A stretch of DNA of 64,000 nucleotides. Origin: Octopus vulgaris (lineage: Eukaryota). Below the pieces are notes generated by a model, which ran no database searches, was not told the origin of the DNA, and saw only the letters and a list, made by a program, of their open reading frames with translations. Position 1 is the stretch's first letter; every line of letters starts with the position of its first letter. Shown one piece after another: positions 1-13,536 of this stretch. The stretch is from contig OX597819.1 of NCBI GenBank assembly GCA_951406725.2, positions 52,204,001 to 52,268,000 on the forward strand, in the 5' to 3' direction. The translations under genes were made by a program, and so were the position numbers.

Positions 1-49
1 GATTGAGTGGGTAGATTGTGTGTGTGTATATCACTTATAATATACAAGT

Positions 50-98
<49 letters not shown>

Positions 99-361
99 CA
101 TATATGAATATATTTATTCATATGTACTATGTATGAAACACCATTTCTGTGTGCATGCATTATATGTGCGTTTGTGTCTGTGTGTGTGTGTGTATTTATG
201 TTGTAAGCATGCTGGTGACTGTATTTATATATGTAATGTATGTATGCAAGTAATATATGAACGTATATCTCCGCATGTATTTGTGTTTATATTCCTAAGC
301 CCGAGTTTGTGTCCGTGTGTAGACACGAAAACATGTCTGCATTTGTGTGTGTCTGCGTGTG

Positions 362-475
362 TGTTAAATAAAATAAGATAACAAGGCCAAGGTAATGTGA
401 TATGTCTAAGATATTTATAAAGATGTCCTAGACATATCACATTGCTTTCGCCTTGTTATCTTATTTTATTTAACA
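362..475. repeat. Near-perfect ~114-bp palindrome (foldback)
   Basis: tgttaaataaaataagataacaaggccaaggtaatgtgatatgtcta (362-408) is the reverse complement, with few mismatches, of tagacatatcacattgctttcgccttgttatcttattttatttaaca (429-475). Confidence 0.85.
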
Positions 476-610
476 TATACACGCTCATGCACGACCCGCC
501 TAAGAGTCTTCATTCATACTATTATTGAACCGGGAGTTTAACAGCGGTCCTTCCGTTACACTTACATAAACTTACCTGCCTTTTGGGTCTTCTTGATACT
601 AAAACCTCTC

Positions 611-668
<58 letters not shown>

Positions 669-669
669 G

Positions 670-703
<34 letters not shown>

Positions 704-759
704 TGTATGTATGTATGTATGTATGTATGCAGGCATGTATGTATATATAAGTGTGTGTG

Positions 760-810
<51 letters not shown>

Positions 811-812
<2 letters not shown>

Positions 813-1092
813 CAATTGCAGCGTGGAAGGTGTTTATAAGCCATTTAAGAAACACACAAAAGCCGTTCGATTCACTTCAACATTTAAGTTTAATTTGTCA
901 AAATATTTTCGTCGCTAAAATCCGCGACCTGTTCACTGACAAAAGTCCGTGCTGCATCTTTCAAATGTTGAAGTGAATCGAACGGCTTTTGTGTGTTTCT
1001 TAAATGGCTTATAAACACCTTCCACGCTGCAATTGTTTTCGTTTCAGCACACGATCTCAGATCAAATTACTTGCTATGCGAGTACATCTCCG

Positions 1093-1095
<3 letters not shown>
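811..1095 (-). mobile_element. Non-autonomous PLE-type unit: 75-bp inverted repeats enclosing a hammerhead motif, flanked by (TA)n
   Basis: 811-885 and 963-1037 are exact reverse complements; HHR motif in the spacer; extra ~58 nt (1038-1095) beyond the right arm; (TA)n on both sides. Confidence 0.7.
894..943 (-). ncRNA. Minimal type-I hammerhead ribozyme motif, G3-C8 core variant
   Basis: Minus strand: tttgtca GTGAACA g gtcgc ggatttta gcgac GAA aatatt T tgacaaa. 7-bp stem I, 5-bp stem II, palindromic stem III. Confidence 0.65.
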
Positions 1096-1151
<56 letters not shown>

Positions 1152-1405
1152 AACAAAGACTGAATTATATTAAAGCATAATAAAACATGTATACTAAAAA
1201 AACTCTCTTTCAGCGATTCTCTCCCCTTGAGGGTAATTTCTCCTCCCAGCCTCTTTTATTCCTTAGCAAACCCTATTTCTCTCTGCCTCTTAAACTAAAA
1301 CAACCTGCAGATGGCAGCAGCGGCGGTGACCAGTCAAATTTCACACATGAATATGAATATGAATATATATATATATCTTATTTATTTATTTTTTATTTTT
1401 TTTAT

Positions 1406-1545
1406 ATTTCCGCCGAGGTCGACTTTGCCTTTCATCCTTTCGGGGTCGATAAATAAAGTACCAGTTTCGCACTGGTAATCGACTTAATCCCTTTGTCTGT
1501 CCTTGTTTGTCCCCTGTATGTTTAGCCCCTTGTGGGCAGTAAAAA
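1406..1545 (+). mobile_element. SINE family B fragment
   Basis: Core gccgaggtcgactttgcctttcatcctttcggggtcgataaataaagtaccag is shared with 15098-15490 and other copies. Confidence 0.8.
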
Positions 1546-1554
1546 AAATATATG

Positions 1555-1616
<62 letters not shown>

Positions 1617-2540
1617 CACATACAATTAGTTATGTCTATGCATTTTAGATATGTATGTATGTATTTATGTATGTATCTATGCATGTATGTATGTATGCAT
1701 GCATGCATGTATGTATGTATGTATGTATGTATGTATGTATGTATGTATGTATGTATGTATGTATGTATGTATACGTGTCTGTGTAACGTGTACTTTCTGT
1801 ACGCCTGTGTTTATGCAGTCAACATATTCAGTGATATCCCACTGCGGTGTCACATTTCACCAATTAGAGAAAGATACACACATTCAGATGAAAGAGATCA
1901 CAACTACAACAACAACAACAACAGTAGCACCAGCAACACCAGCAGTCGGCCATTTTCTCGGTGCCATCAACAACGACGTCTCTCAGAAAATAGCCGACAC
2001 TATATAATCTCTCTCTAATTCGCTAATCGTAATTGATGAGACAGATGATACTCTGGTGGTATGAAGAAAAAGAAGGGCGGAGGGGAGGAAGAGGAGTTGA
2101 ATGAGAGGTGGAGGTAAAAAAGAAGAGGAAGAGGAGAAGAAGAGGAGAGGAGAAGAAGAAGAAGAAGAAGAAGAAGAAGAAGAAGAAGAAGAAAAAGAAG
2201 GAAAAGAAGAGAAAGAAGTAGAAGACGTAGACATAGAAGCAACGAAAAGGAAAAGAAGGAGCATAAGAAAAAAAGAAAGAGGAGATTGTAGCTGTTGTTG
2301 GTTGTGGTGTTGGTGGTGGTGGGGGGGGCTGACGATAATGATGATGATGATGATGATGATGATGATTGTTGCGATGATAATGTTGATGATGTTGATCAGA
2401 AGGGGTAGCAGTAGGAGCTGGAGGGGGGAGGAGGAGGAGGTAGAAGAGCGGGGAGGATACCTCTTCCTACATTTGCTTTTGTAACCGTTGTTTCGGGAGA
2501 AGTAAAGAAAAATGTTCATAAACAATCAATGATGGCAACA

Positions 2541-2597
<57 letters not shown>

Positions 2598-2632
2598 GAC
2601 AGAGAGACAGAGAGACAGAGAGACAGACAGAC

Positions 2633-2675
<43 letters not shown>

Positions 2676-3130
2676 GAGAGAGAGAAAGGGTGATAAATTG
2701 AAGGGAGAGAGAAACGCAGTAAGGAGAGATGGGAGAGAGAGAGAGAGAGAGAGAGAAGGGAGAGGAGGATCTGATGATGGAGTAAAACCGCGAAACTAAC
2801 TACTCAGAGTCGCTATCAGAAGAAAGCACAATAATTAAATTAGGGTCAAGATATTTAATGCAGTGAGCGAAATATAAACAAAAAAAAAAAGCTCAATTAT
2901 TAAAATTTCCTAAATGTCGTTGCTATTGTTACGGTTGTCATCGTTACTGCTGTTGTTTTAATTAATCAAAATTACATCATTACTGACGAGAGCAATCGTT
3001 GTCTAAACCACTAATTCTTGTTCAGATAGACAGGGGAGACAACCTTAAAATTTTTTTATTCATGAAACTTAATAAAATATAGAATAAAGCGGAGGAAGTC
3101 TAATCTTCAGCATTAAGATAAAAACAACTA

Positions 3131-3166
3131 CTTACGTGTTTCGGTGATATTTGGACCTCGTCAGTG
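3131..3166 (-). ncRNA. Hammerhead-like motif (canonical core, poor stem I)
   Basis: Minus strand: CTGACGA ggt ccaaatatc acc GAA acacgt A; stem I not convincingly paired. Confidence 0.4.
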
Positions 3167-3430
3167 AAACGTAAGTCTAACGTTACATGCTTCGAGTAGG
3201 TGGTAGCAGAGTGAAAGTTTTGAGAGGATGACCCTATAAAGAGCAGAGTTCGAACTGGAGCTGTGGTGAATCTGAATCCCCAACAAATAAATAAATGAAA
3301 CGGAAGACCAGCAAAAAGCCTCTATATAATTGCTTAGCATGCTAGAAATAGCAGTCAAATATTTCACACCCTACTGTCTTTAAAAGTAGTAAACATTGAA
3401 AAATATCTGGAACACATTACATTTGAAAAA

Positions 3431-3880
3431 TAAGGCTCTCCTCATCCTCAACAATGCTCCTGCTTGCACTCCTAACCCGAATATGATATCCTGGACGAAT
3501 TTAAATTTATGAAAGTTCTGTACCTTTCACGCAACACCGCGGACTAACAGCCCATGGAGCAACAGGTGATTTCTAATTTTAAAAATTGTACACCAAACAC
3601 CTGTTTCGTCGGTGCTTTGAAGTCACTGAAAGTTTTGGTGCGTTTTGGAAGGAGCACTACAACATTGTAAACTGCCTGAAAATAATCGATATGGCCTGGC
3701 AGGGTGTAACGAGGAGAACGCTGAATTCTGCATGGAGGAAACTGTGGCCTGACTGCGTATCCTAAAGAGATTTCGAAAGGTTTGAGTCTGAGACACCTGT
3801 AGTCGAGGAGATAGTGTCTCTTGGTAAGTCCATGGGCCTCGAGGTTGATAATGGGGACATTAACGATCTCGTCATGGAAG
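3431..3880 (+). pseudogene. Tigger/pogo DDE transposase fragment (TIGD1-like), disrupted
   Basis: Translates across frameshifts and stops to QPMEQQVISNFKKLYTKHLFRRCFEV, FWKEHYNIVNCLKIIDMAWQGVTRRTLNSAWRKLWPDCV and [17 protein letters not shown], typical of Tigger transposases. Confidence 0.85.
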
Positions 3881-3919
3881 ACGTATGTATGTATGTATGT
3901 ATGTATGTATGTATGTATG

Positions 3920-3953
<34 letters not shown>

Positions 3954-4541
3954 TGTATGCATGCATGCATATTTCATCCATAACAATGATTCCAACAAAA
4001 TGCATATTCTGTTTCGTCTGAGGGCTCTTCAGTCAGGTCAGCACAGTCATGTTTATATTTTTCATCAGCTGTTCTTCATTACTCGATTACAGTAGTTTAA
4101 AAAGCAGAGTTAAATGATCACTGACGAGTCTGAACGAAGATGAAACTAGCCATTACAATCCTCATTTCGGGCTTCCAAAATCCCAGTTCTTTAACTATCA
4201 TGCCTAATTTAACAGCGATATTAAATACATGTTTATCAGATATAAGGATACAGATTCAGTATACATATAAATATACATAGCTTTATCATTTTTTATCAGT
4301 TGAAGGTGACAAAAGTGATTCAAGGACCGGGTGTTTCGTGCATGGCACTTGTCAGTTTAATAAGTGCTATGTACAAGCATGCTCAAAATGCTCGGCTCTT
4401 GAATTACTTCTGTAATTTTCTGGTGATTATGTAATTTATCACGCATAATCATCAATATGCAATGTGGTTTGAAGCAGAATTTACTGAAACAATTGTAACT
4501 AGTATTAAACTAAAACTACATTGACGTATTCCTGGTAATAA

Positions 4542-4610
<69 letters not shown>

Positions 4611-4658
4611 TGTATGTATGTATGTATGTATGTATGTATGTATGCATGCATGTATCTA

Positions 4659-4737
<79 letters not shown>

Positions 4738-4739
4738 GG

Positions 4740-4925
4740 TTAGCTGGCAGAATCGTTTCAGCGCTGGACAAAATGCTGACCGGCATTTAGCCCGTCTTCC
4801 CGTTCTGGTCTTTCATCCTTTTAGGGTCGTTACAGTAGCTATTAGTTGAACACTGGGGTCCATGTAATCGACTTATCCCCTCCTCTAAAATTGCTGGGTT
4901 TGTACCAAAATTTGAACCTAATACT
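4740..4925 (+). mobile_element. SINE family B, degenerate
   Basis: agctggcagaatcgtt head, tttcatccttttagggtcg core, cactggggtccatgtaatcgact. Confidence 0.7.
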
Positions 4926-5863
4926 GAGAGACATTCAAGTGTTATTGCATAACTGCAACTCTACCGTTAGAAAGAGGATTGCTACCCTGTGAGTAAGTGA
5001 CACTGTAAATAGGCGTGTAAAGCAAGAGCGTTGGCTGTTTCTTGGCTTCCTTCTCCGTTCCCAGCGCCAGATTTATTATTCCTATTTTATAGTCTTGTCC
5101 AACGGAGTAGACCTTTTGCCAAACATCAGCTTGAGACGTTTAAAAATTACCCTTGGAGGGAAGATGAAACCTTTCACTTTCCTTGGTGAAGCAGAGGTAT
5201 ATCACTGCTGTCTTTTCTATTTTCTTGACGAAGTGCTCGGGCAAAGAAGTATCGGCTTTTGTGACATACGTCGCCCATTGTTTATCATTCCCGGCCTTTT
5301 TGTTTGGTCCATGTCCTTCTATTCACTAGTGACGTTGGCAAAAAGTTGTTCGCGTTGATTTCGATACCTTTATTATCAATGCCAGCCCCGTTGGCTATGT
5401 TATTTTTCACGCTGTTATTTTTGTTTTTCTGCAATTGTCGTTATTATTATTTGTTATCAGAAATATCTTTAAGGGATCGTTCTCTTCTACCCCTCTCCAT
5501 AAGGATGTTGCTACCATTATTATTACAAACCCCTCATACTACTACTACCATAGAAATTTACAGCTATTACAAAAAAAAGTTACATAAATACAGCCACGAA
5601 AAAAAGCATATTTTTCCAAAATGTCTAATCGATAAAAAAAAAGTTGCAATAAAGTAATTTTTGTACTCTTTAAACCGAGAGAAAATTAAATTTTAAAATT
5701 TTATCTCCTTCAAACTGTCAAACTTACATATATACTCACATACACATACACACGCGCGCACACACACGGATACACGAATACACTTTAGACAGTAATCCAT
5801 TTTTTATTACACCATACCTCAAGGGAGATCCAAACACTTCAGACTGATTTTAAACCAATAATA

Positions 5864-5932
<69 letters not shown>

Positions 5933-6190
5933 TTTCTTTCTGTATTAGCCACAAAAAAATGCAGAAATATAGAAAAATACAGATGAACCTTAAACCAGAG
6001 ATTTACAGAGACGAGGTGGGAGCTGAAAAGCATACAATATATAAATGGGTTGATTGATTGTAGTAGTAATAGTAGTAGTAGCAACAGAAAAGAGGAATTT
6101 CGATTATCCTCACGTGGTGAGTTGTAATGTATATAAGAAATTAAAAAAGGAAAATACGCACACTTACATAGTTCTAATATAATTTTTAAT

Positions 6191-6225
6191 ATATCGACCG
6201 GTTTCGCTATCGCTATTCATGATAT
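6191..6225 (-). ncRNA. Minimal type-I hammerhead motif, A3-U8 core variant
   Basis: Minus strand: atatc ATGAATA gc gata gc GAA accggt C gatat. 5-bp stem I, 2-bp stem II, palindromic stem III, GUC cleavage triplet. Confidence 0.6.
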
Positions 6226-6318
6226 TATGTTTTACTTATTTGAATATATATTTTTTCTTTATAAGAAATTTTGTCCATGTTGTGTGTGATGAAATTCGCG
6301 AGTGAATGACTTCACAAG

Positions 6319-6433
<115 letters not shown>

Positions 6434-6593
6434 GTATATACTTTCAAATACGTTTATGGTAACGTTAAGGGTATGTAAATAAAGCTATTTCATTATACCG
6501 GCTATCGTCTAATGAGTCAGTTTTCTTCGGGGGTTGCATCATGGTTATATGGATATAATGTAGGATAAATATAGTAATAACAACAGCAATACT

Positions 6594-6755
6594 TCTAGGA
6601 AGGAATTTATAAATATTTAATACATTACTACGTGCGTTTCCACAAATCATATGACTTCAACATTAACGGACTCTGATACAGACTCTGTTAAAGCCATGTG
6701 ATTTGTGGAAACGCGCGTAACGATGTATTAAATATTTATAAATTCCACCCTAGAA
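6594..6755. repeat. Imperfect ~70-bp inverted repeat containing the 3' half of a hammerhead (gaaacgcgcgta)
   Basis: 6594-6662 pairs with 6686-6755. Confidence 0.8.
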
Positions 6756-6776
6756 TTATTGTTATTATCATTATTA

Positions 6777-6872
<96 letters not shown>

Positions 6873-6898
6873 TATTATTATTATTATTATTATTATAT

Positions 6899-7290
6899 AG
6901 GCGCAGGCGTGGCTGTGTGGTTAGTAGCTTGCTTCCCAACCACGTGGTTCCGTGTTCAGTTCCACTGCGTGGAACCTAGAGCGAGTGTCTTCTACTACAG
7001 CCTCGGACCGACCAAAGCCTTGTGAGTTGGTTTGGTAGATGGAAACTGAAAGAAGCTCTTCGTATATATGTACATATCCATGTGTGATCATTGTGTCTGT
7101 ACCTCTTCCGCCCATCACTGCTGGTGCTGGTATGTTTACGCGCCCGTAACGTAGCGGTTCGGCAAAAGAGATAGAATAAGTACTGAGCTTTAAAAAATAA
7201 GTCCTGGGGTCGATTCGTTCCACTAAACCCCTTCGAGGCTATACTCCAACATGGCCGCAGTCAAATGAATGAAACAAGTAAAAGAATAAG
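6899..7290 (+). mobile_element. tRNA-derived SINE family A (CORE-like)
   Basis: Head aggcgcaggcgtggctgtgtgg...gttcagttcc (A/B-box-like) and tail catggccgcagtcaaatgaatgaaacaagtaaaaga; more than 12 copies in the window. Confidence 0.85.
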
Positions 7291-7600
7291 GTGAGAGAAA
7301 ACTACTGGGTCGAGTTTCTAGCTCCCTCCATACCTAGCACTCTGTCATTATTCGTATTGCTGTTACGTGCACCGAAAAGTATCCGTTAACATCTTTCGAG
7401 TTGGCAGGAATAAATAATGTATTTAACATAACGCAGGAGTGGCTGTGTGGAAAGTAGCTTACTTACCAACCACATGGCTCCGGATTCAGTCCCACTGCGT
7501 GGCACCTTGGGCAAATGTCCTCTACTATAGCTTCAGGCCGACCAAAGCCTTGTGAGTGGATTTGGTAGATGGAAACTGAAAGAAGCCCGTCGTATGTATG

Positions 7601-7701
<101 letters not shown>

Positions 7702-7853
7702 ATAAATATAAGAGAGTGGTCACTATGTGGCTCACTCTAGCACTAGTAAATCCAAAAGGTTTCAACCACAAAAATACATGTTTCCCATGAAAGTCAGTAC
7801 GATTGTTAGCTCACACGAACAGGGCAAATAAAAAATAACAAAAATACAGATTA

Positions 7854-7934
7854 TTTTGGGACAATTGTTTTGCTATTAATGAATTAAATGTAATTTTACT
7901 CACAAAAAACCCACTTGTAGCTCCTCAGCCAAAA
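7854..7934 (-). ncRNA. Hammerhead motif with G12->A substitution (probably inactive)
   Basis: Same as 8389-8470 but GAA reads AAA (plus-strand t at 7871 versus c at 8406). Confidence 0.65.
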
Positions 7935-8388
7935 CTATCTGGATGAAATCCACTCAATCACACGCCAGATTTTACCATAACGATAAATACACGTGTGGTT
8001 CAATTGATTAAATCCGACGTTATAATTCAAATGCCCCTACCAACAGCGCGCCAAACTTTCACGGAAACAAATACTACATTTAGAAATAAATGTAGCATAA
8101 TTATAATTAATTAATAAGGGTGAGAGAATTAGATACTAATTTAATAGTATATCTATTCAACACCAAGTGGCCCAGTGCCCCGAGAAACCTGGATTATTAT
8201 AATATTTTATAATATATTATAATATTTTATACAAAAATAAATATAAGAGAGTGGTCACTATGTGGCTCACTCTAGCACTAGTAAATCCAAAAGGTTTCAA
8301 CCACAAAAATACATGTTTCCCATGAAAGTCAGTACGATTGTTAGCTCACACGAACAGGGCAAATAAAAAATAACAAAAATACAGATTA

Positions 8389-8470
8389 TTTTGGGACAAT
8401 TGTTTCGCTATTAATGAATTAAATGTAATTTTACTCACAAAAAAACCCACTTGTAGCTCCTCAGCCAAAA
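8389..8470 (-). ncRNA. Type-I hammerhead ribozyme, canonical core
   Basis: Minus strand: ttttgg CTGAGGA gcta [long loop] tagc GAA acaattgt C ccaaaa. 6-bp stem I, 4-bp stem II, palindromic stem III, GUC site. Confidence 0.8.
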
Positions 8471-8742
8471 CTATCTGGATGAAATCCACTCAATCACACG
8501 CCAGATTTTACCATAACGATAAATACACGTGTGGTTCAATTGATTAAATCCGACGTTATAATTCAAATGCCCCTACCAACAGCGCGCCAAACTTTCACGG
8601 AAACAAATACTACATTTAGAAATAAATGTAGCATAATTATAATTAATTAATAAGGGTGAGAGAATTAGATACTAATTTAATAGTATATCTATTCAACACC
8701 AAGTGGCCCAGTGCCCCGAGAAACCTGGATTATTATAATATT

Positions 8743-8789
<47 letters not shown>

Positions 8790-9199
8790 TTATTTATTTA
8801 TTTATTTATTTACTTATTTATGTATATGTGTGTATATGTTTGTGTGTCTGTGTTTGTCCCCCCACAACATCGCTTGACAACCGATGCTGGTGTGTTTACG
8901 TCCTCGTAACTTAGCGGTTCGGCAAAAAGGGTCTGATAGAATAAGTACTAATCTTACAAAGAATAAGTCCTGGGGTCGATTTGTTCGGCTAAAGGTGGTG
9001 CTCCAGCAGGGCCGCTGTCAAATGACTGAAACAAGTGAAAGAATAAAAGAGTATAACATTGTTTCAGTTTGTAGCGACATCTTTGTATTGCTTTTACTCA
9101 CAAATTATTCTTTGTTTGTCTTTCACATTACTGCTGCAACTTTTAAACGTAATTTTTTTTGCATCACTCACATATCTATAGCATCATAGAGATGTGATT

Positions 9200-10130
9200 T
9201 TGTCTATTAGTTGTTGGTCTGATCCTCGAAGGTCAGTGAATCTCGGTTCATCGTCCTCCTTTTCAACTTTCCTATTATTCTTAGGAGGAACATGATTTTT
9301 TAAAAAGAGGTTGTTCCTTTTCAGTTGTTTTCTCTTGCTGTTGACTCTAATTTTTGTGACTTTTCCTCCATTTCTTTCCTTTTGTATTTGCCTCGAGAGG
9401 TTAAAGACGTTTCTTTGCAATCATTATCTCTTTCTCTTCACTCAACGAAGGATTGATGCTGCTTGCTGTTACTGTTAGGAGACAGAGCGTCTGCTCACTT
9501 GTTTGAAAAACTGGGCACAAGGTGATATCTTCCGCCATTCCCAGAGCTATGACTGATAGTATTCTGGAAAGAGGTTGGTGGGGCTTGTCGTTCTTGTTGC
9601 TATCACGGCTGTTCTTCACTGCTTTCCTTTCTCTTTTCCTTTTCTGCAGAAAAGCACTCAAGTGGTTCTTAATACCATATATACACCGAAGACACATTTT
9701 GCTCTGCAATATCAGTCTCATACCGTTTTGTATTGGCGCCCTCAAATGGATACAGCCTCACGGTGATATTATGACCTCGGAAATCATTAGGACCTTCAAA
9801 TTCATTTTGACATTCTCTCACCATATCGTTTCTCGTAAGCTTTGCTTAAACTACCACCCATACTGGAATACAACAGTAATGATTAGACTTGGATCCACAT
9901 CGTTTCCAATATACCTTATTATCACTTTTGTACTGCTTTGCCTCATACACTGGAGCATAAGCGTATAGGTGGAGGTATATCAAACAATTTCAGTTTGTAT
10001 TTTGGCTGAGTTTTCGTTCTTGGGTGTGTAACAGATAGTACCGTACTCACTCCTCTTCAGTTGAGAGAATTGCTCAAGAAATTTCGTGAGACACTTATTA
10101 TTACTGTTGCATCGTCGATAGTTGGATATC
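9200..10130 (-). pseudogene. Possible decayed non-LTR retrotransposon ORF1 (gag-like)
   Basis: A-rich minus strand with broken reading frames; CLRC..G.KNHLSAF(C) near 9645-9700 resembles a CCHC knuckle, followed by a K/E/Q-rich tract. Confidence 0.3.
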
Positions 10131-11331
10131 GTTGTCTTGCTTTTTAAGAGAGGCACTGTCTAGTTCTGCAAAATTTTCCCAAATATTTTTTCTCGGAACA
10201 GTCTAAATTCCCAAAATTTTGTACATTATCATAAGAGAGGCAAAACTAGTTTCTTGAACGCAACTACTATATACGAACAATTTAACATGTCTGTCTGTGT
10301 GCGAATGTTTTGTTGCTATTATTGCTATCTTCAAAATTATTTGTTATCTGTTCGAAATATTTTTTCTGTCTTCGTTCATTAATTTCTTCTTGTTCATTTT
10401 ATGCAATTTGCTTTGTGCTGTCTCTTTTTCATCTTTTTGTTGTTGTAATGTTTTGCTTTGTACTGCATGTGCGATTTTGTTATGAAATATGGTCAAAATG
10501 AACAAGCAAATAAAGTCAACAAAAGCAAGACTTCATTTTTTAGTTGCCTACTGATATCAGTGGTAGGCTGTCCTTAAGAAACTAAAAAAAAATTTTTTTT
10601 GGCATGTACTCCAAAGTAATTTTCATTTGATAATGCTTAAAATAAAGTCGTAATCACAGGGGAAGGAGAAAGTAGGATAATAATAATATTAATAATAATA
10701 ATAACAACAACAACAACAATAATAATAATAATAACAATAACAGCAACGATAGTAGGAATATTAACTATAATGAAGCACCATTACACTTGTAAACTGAGAA
10801 AACTCTCTAAATTCCGAGCGTGTTGGCCTTTCACTATTTTAAATTGACGAAAACACTTTATATTTTATTTAATAATTTTCTTTCTTGAACATAAGTCTGT
10901 TCTACAGTGTTAAGAAAATATGCTTAGATCTGTATTAATCATGGTAATCTATATATACAGCAACATCTCTCTGAGGTTTTGGCTTGTAGACAAGTTGATT
11001 TGATCTTTAAAATGAAAAGGTTAAACTTACGTTAGCCATAACTCACAAATTATGGACGAGATAAATTAGGAATGTTAAACAAAGAGGAAATAGCTAACAT
11101 TTCCACAATCTATCGCATCTTCACCACTCATTCTTGGCTTCTTTCTCCTCCGCCACTGAGAGAATTATTATACAATAATTCTCTCACCCCATCCACCCTC
11201 TATCTCGCGCGCTCTCTCTCAATCTATCTATCTATCTGTTTATCTATCTCTCTATCTAGCGATCTCTCACTATCCATCGCATATTCATCCATTCATGGTT
11301 TATTTCTCTCAAACACTATATAGTAACCCTC

Positions 11332-11397
<66 letters not shown>

Positions 11398-11996
11398 CCT
11401 ATTTATTTATCTATCTATCGTCCACTGACTCTCTTTCTCTATCACACAGTTCGTTCTTTTCTTCTCCTTTTCATCCCTCTTTCTTCTCTTTACACAATAA
11501 CTAACACGCCATATTTGATCTGCAGCCAGTTATCTTCACCCACTTCTTCCGACCAACTTAAGCAACAAGGACTACCTTGAGTTATATTAACAGAACGCTG
11601 CTTTTTCGATGCTTCTATCTCACGATTCCCCCCGCCATTGTTTTACCATTGCTCTCCTTAATATTCTCCTTCACCACGCATCTTGTCATCAAATACCTTT
11701 CTCTTTCTCTCTCAATCACGCCTTTCTCTCTTTTTATGCGTGTGTATGTGTGTGTGTGTTTGTGTTAAATTATTGGCGAAACAAGTTCGCTCTTATTTGT
11801 CGAAGAATAAATTTCACTTGCATTGGTCATTCTGCCAAAGATGCATGTATGTATGTATGTATGTATGTATGTATGTATGTATGTATGTATGTATGTATGT
11901 ATGTGCTTATGTGTGTATATATGAATGTATGTATATGTATGCATGTAGGCAGGCATGTAGGCATGCATGTGTGCGTATGTGTGTATATATGTGTAA

Positions 11997-12036
<40 letters not shown>

Positions 12037-13212
12037 GTACGTATTTATGTATGTTTGTATATATGTATGTATGAATTTAAATCTTTCTTTTGCATACCTA
12101 CATCCATACATACATAAATACATATAGATATACATATTTATAGTCATGCATACACACATAAATACATACATAAATACATACGTACGTACATACATACATA
12201 CATACATACATAAATACATTAACCAGCCTGTATAGCATACAATTTTGAAAAATATGAACTACAAAAGTTGATGCGTGAATCTCAAAGACATTCCACCATC
12301 ACCACCACCACCACCAGTACTAATACTGCTACTGCTGCTGCTACTACTACTACTAATGTGGTTCAAGCTTTATTAAGTGTAACAGTTTGGTAAAATATCA
12401 ACACTGCAAAAATTGGTACTTGTGTCTCCAAGACACTACTACTACTACGACTACTACCACCACCACCACAACCGCAACCACCACCACCACTACCACTACC
12501 ACCCCCTAATGAGTTTCTATGAATTACTATGATACAGAATTGCTTGAGATTTGCCAAAAGAGGTAATAATTGAGATTAAAAGAATAAATATGCTAATTAA
12601 GGCGTTTGAAGTATTTGTCTGGAAGTCAAATAAAAAAAGATGGATGTCTCTCGTTTTTGCTTTTCTTTTTTTTTTTGTCTTCGAAAGTCTCTGAGTTTCC
12701 ACGAAATTCTTCTTAGTTAATCTATTGAATGTTGTTGAAGGATATTTTGTAAATTCTTCCACAGCTTCTGACTTCAAATCCGCTACGAAGTTGTCGCAAT
12801 TGTTGCTTTTAATGGCTAATGTGCGACACTAGTGTGATCCAGTCTTCCAGCAGCAGCCTGCCATTTTTCTTCTTTATTTATTTATTTATTTATTTATTTA
12901 TTCATTTATTTATTTAGTTAGTTTTTGAAAAGAAATAATGGCACTATAAATGGTGGCATTTAAACCTATGACTACGATGAATCAGGAACTCACGAGAGAA
13001 GAGATGAAGGGATGAAATCTGAAAGGCTTTCAACAAGAACTGAAGTTTGGATGTCATACTGATTCTACCAGAGAATTATGTTAAGAGTATATGTGGCCCC
13101 TGCGGAGTACTCAGCCACTTGCACGTTAATCCTGTTAGTTGAGGAGCAGGTAATTCACCTGATCGAACAGCTAAATTCACTTCATCGAACGACAGAAGAA
13201 CCCCCCACCACC

Positions 13213-13460
13213 GTGTGTGGCTGTGTAATAAGAAGCTTGCTTCCCAGCCACATGGTTCCGAGTTCAGCCCCACTGCGTGGCACCTTGAGCAATTATCGTC
13301 TACTATAGTATCGGGCTGACCAAAGCCTTACGGTTTGAATAAGCACCAAGTTGTCAAAATGTAAGTACTGGGGTCGATTCTGACGACTAATGAGTTATTG
13401 AAGGCGGTGCACCAGCATGGCCGCAGTCTAATGACCAAAACGAGTAAAAGATAAAAGATT
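13213..13460 (+). mobile_element. SINE family A, internally deleted
   Basis: tggctgtgtaataagaagcttgcttccc head; ggcggtgcaccagcatggccgcagtc tail. Confidence 0.75.
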
Positions 13461-13499
13461 ATATACAAATATATATATATATATTTATATTTATATCTG

Positions 13500-13536
<37 letters not shown>

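Noticed and set aside
1983-2525. Glu-rich and Ser-rich ORFs
   Set aside because: (GAA)n and (GAT)n simple repeats.
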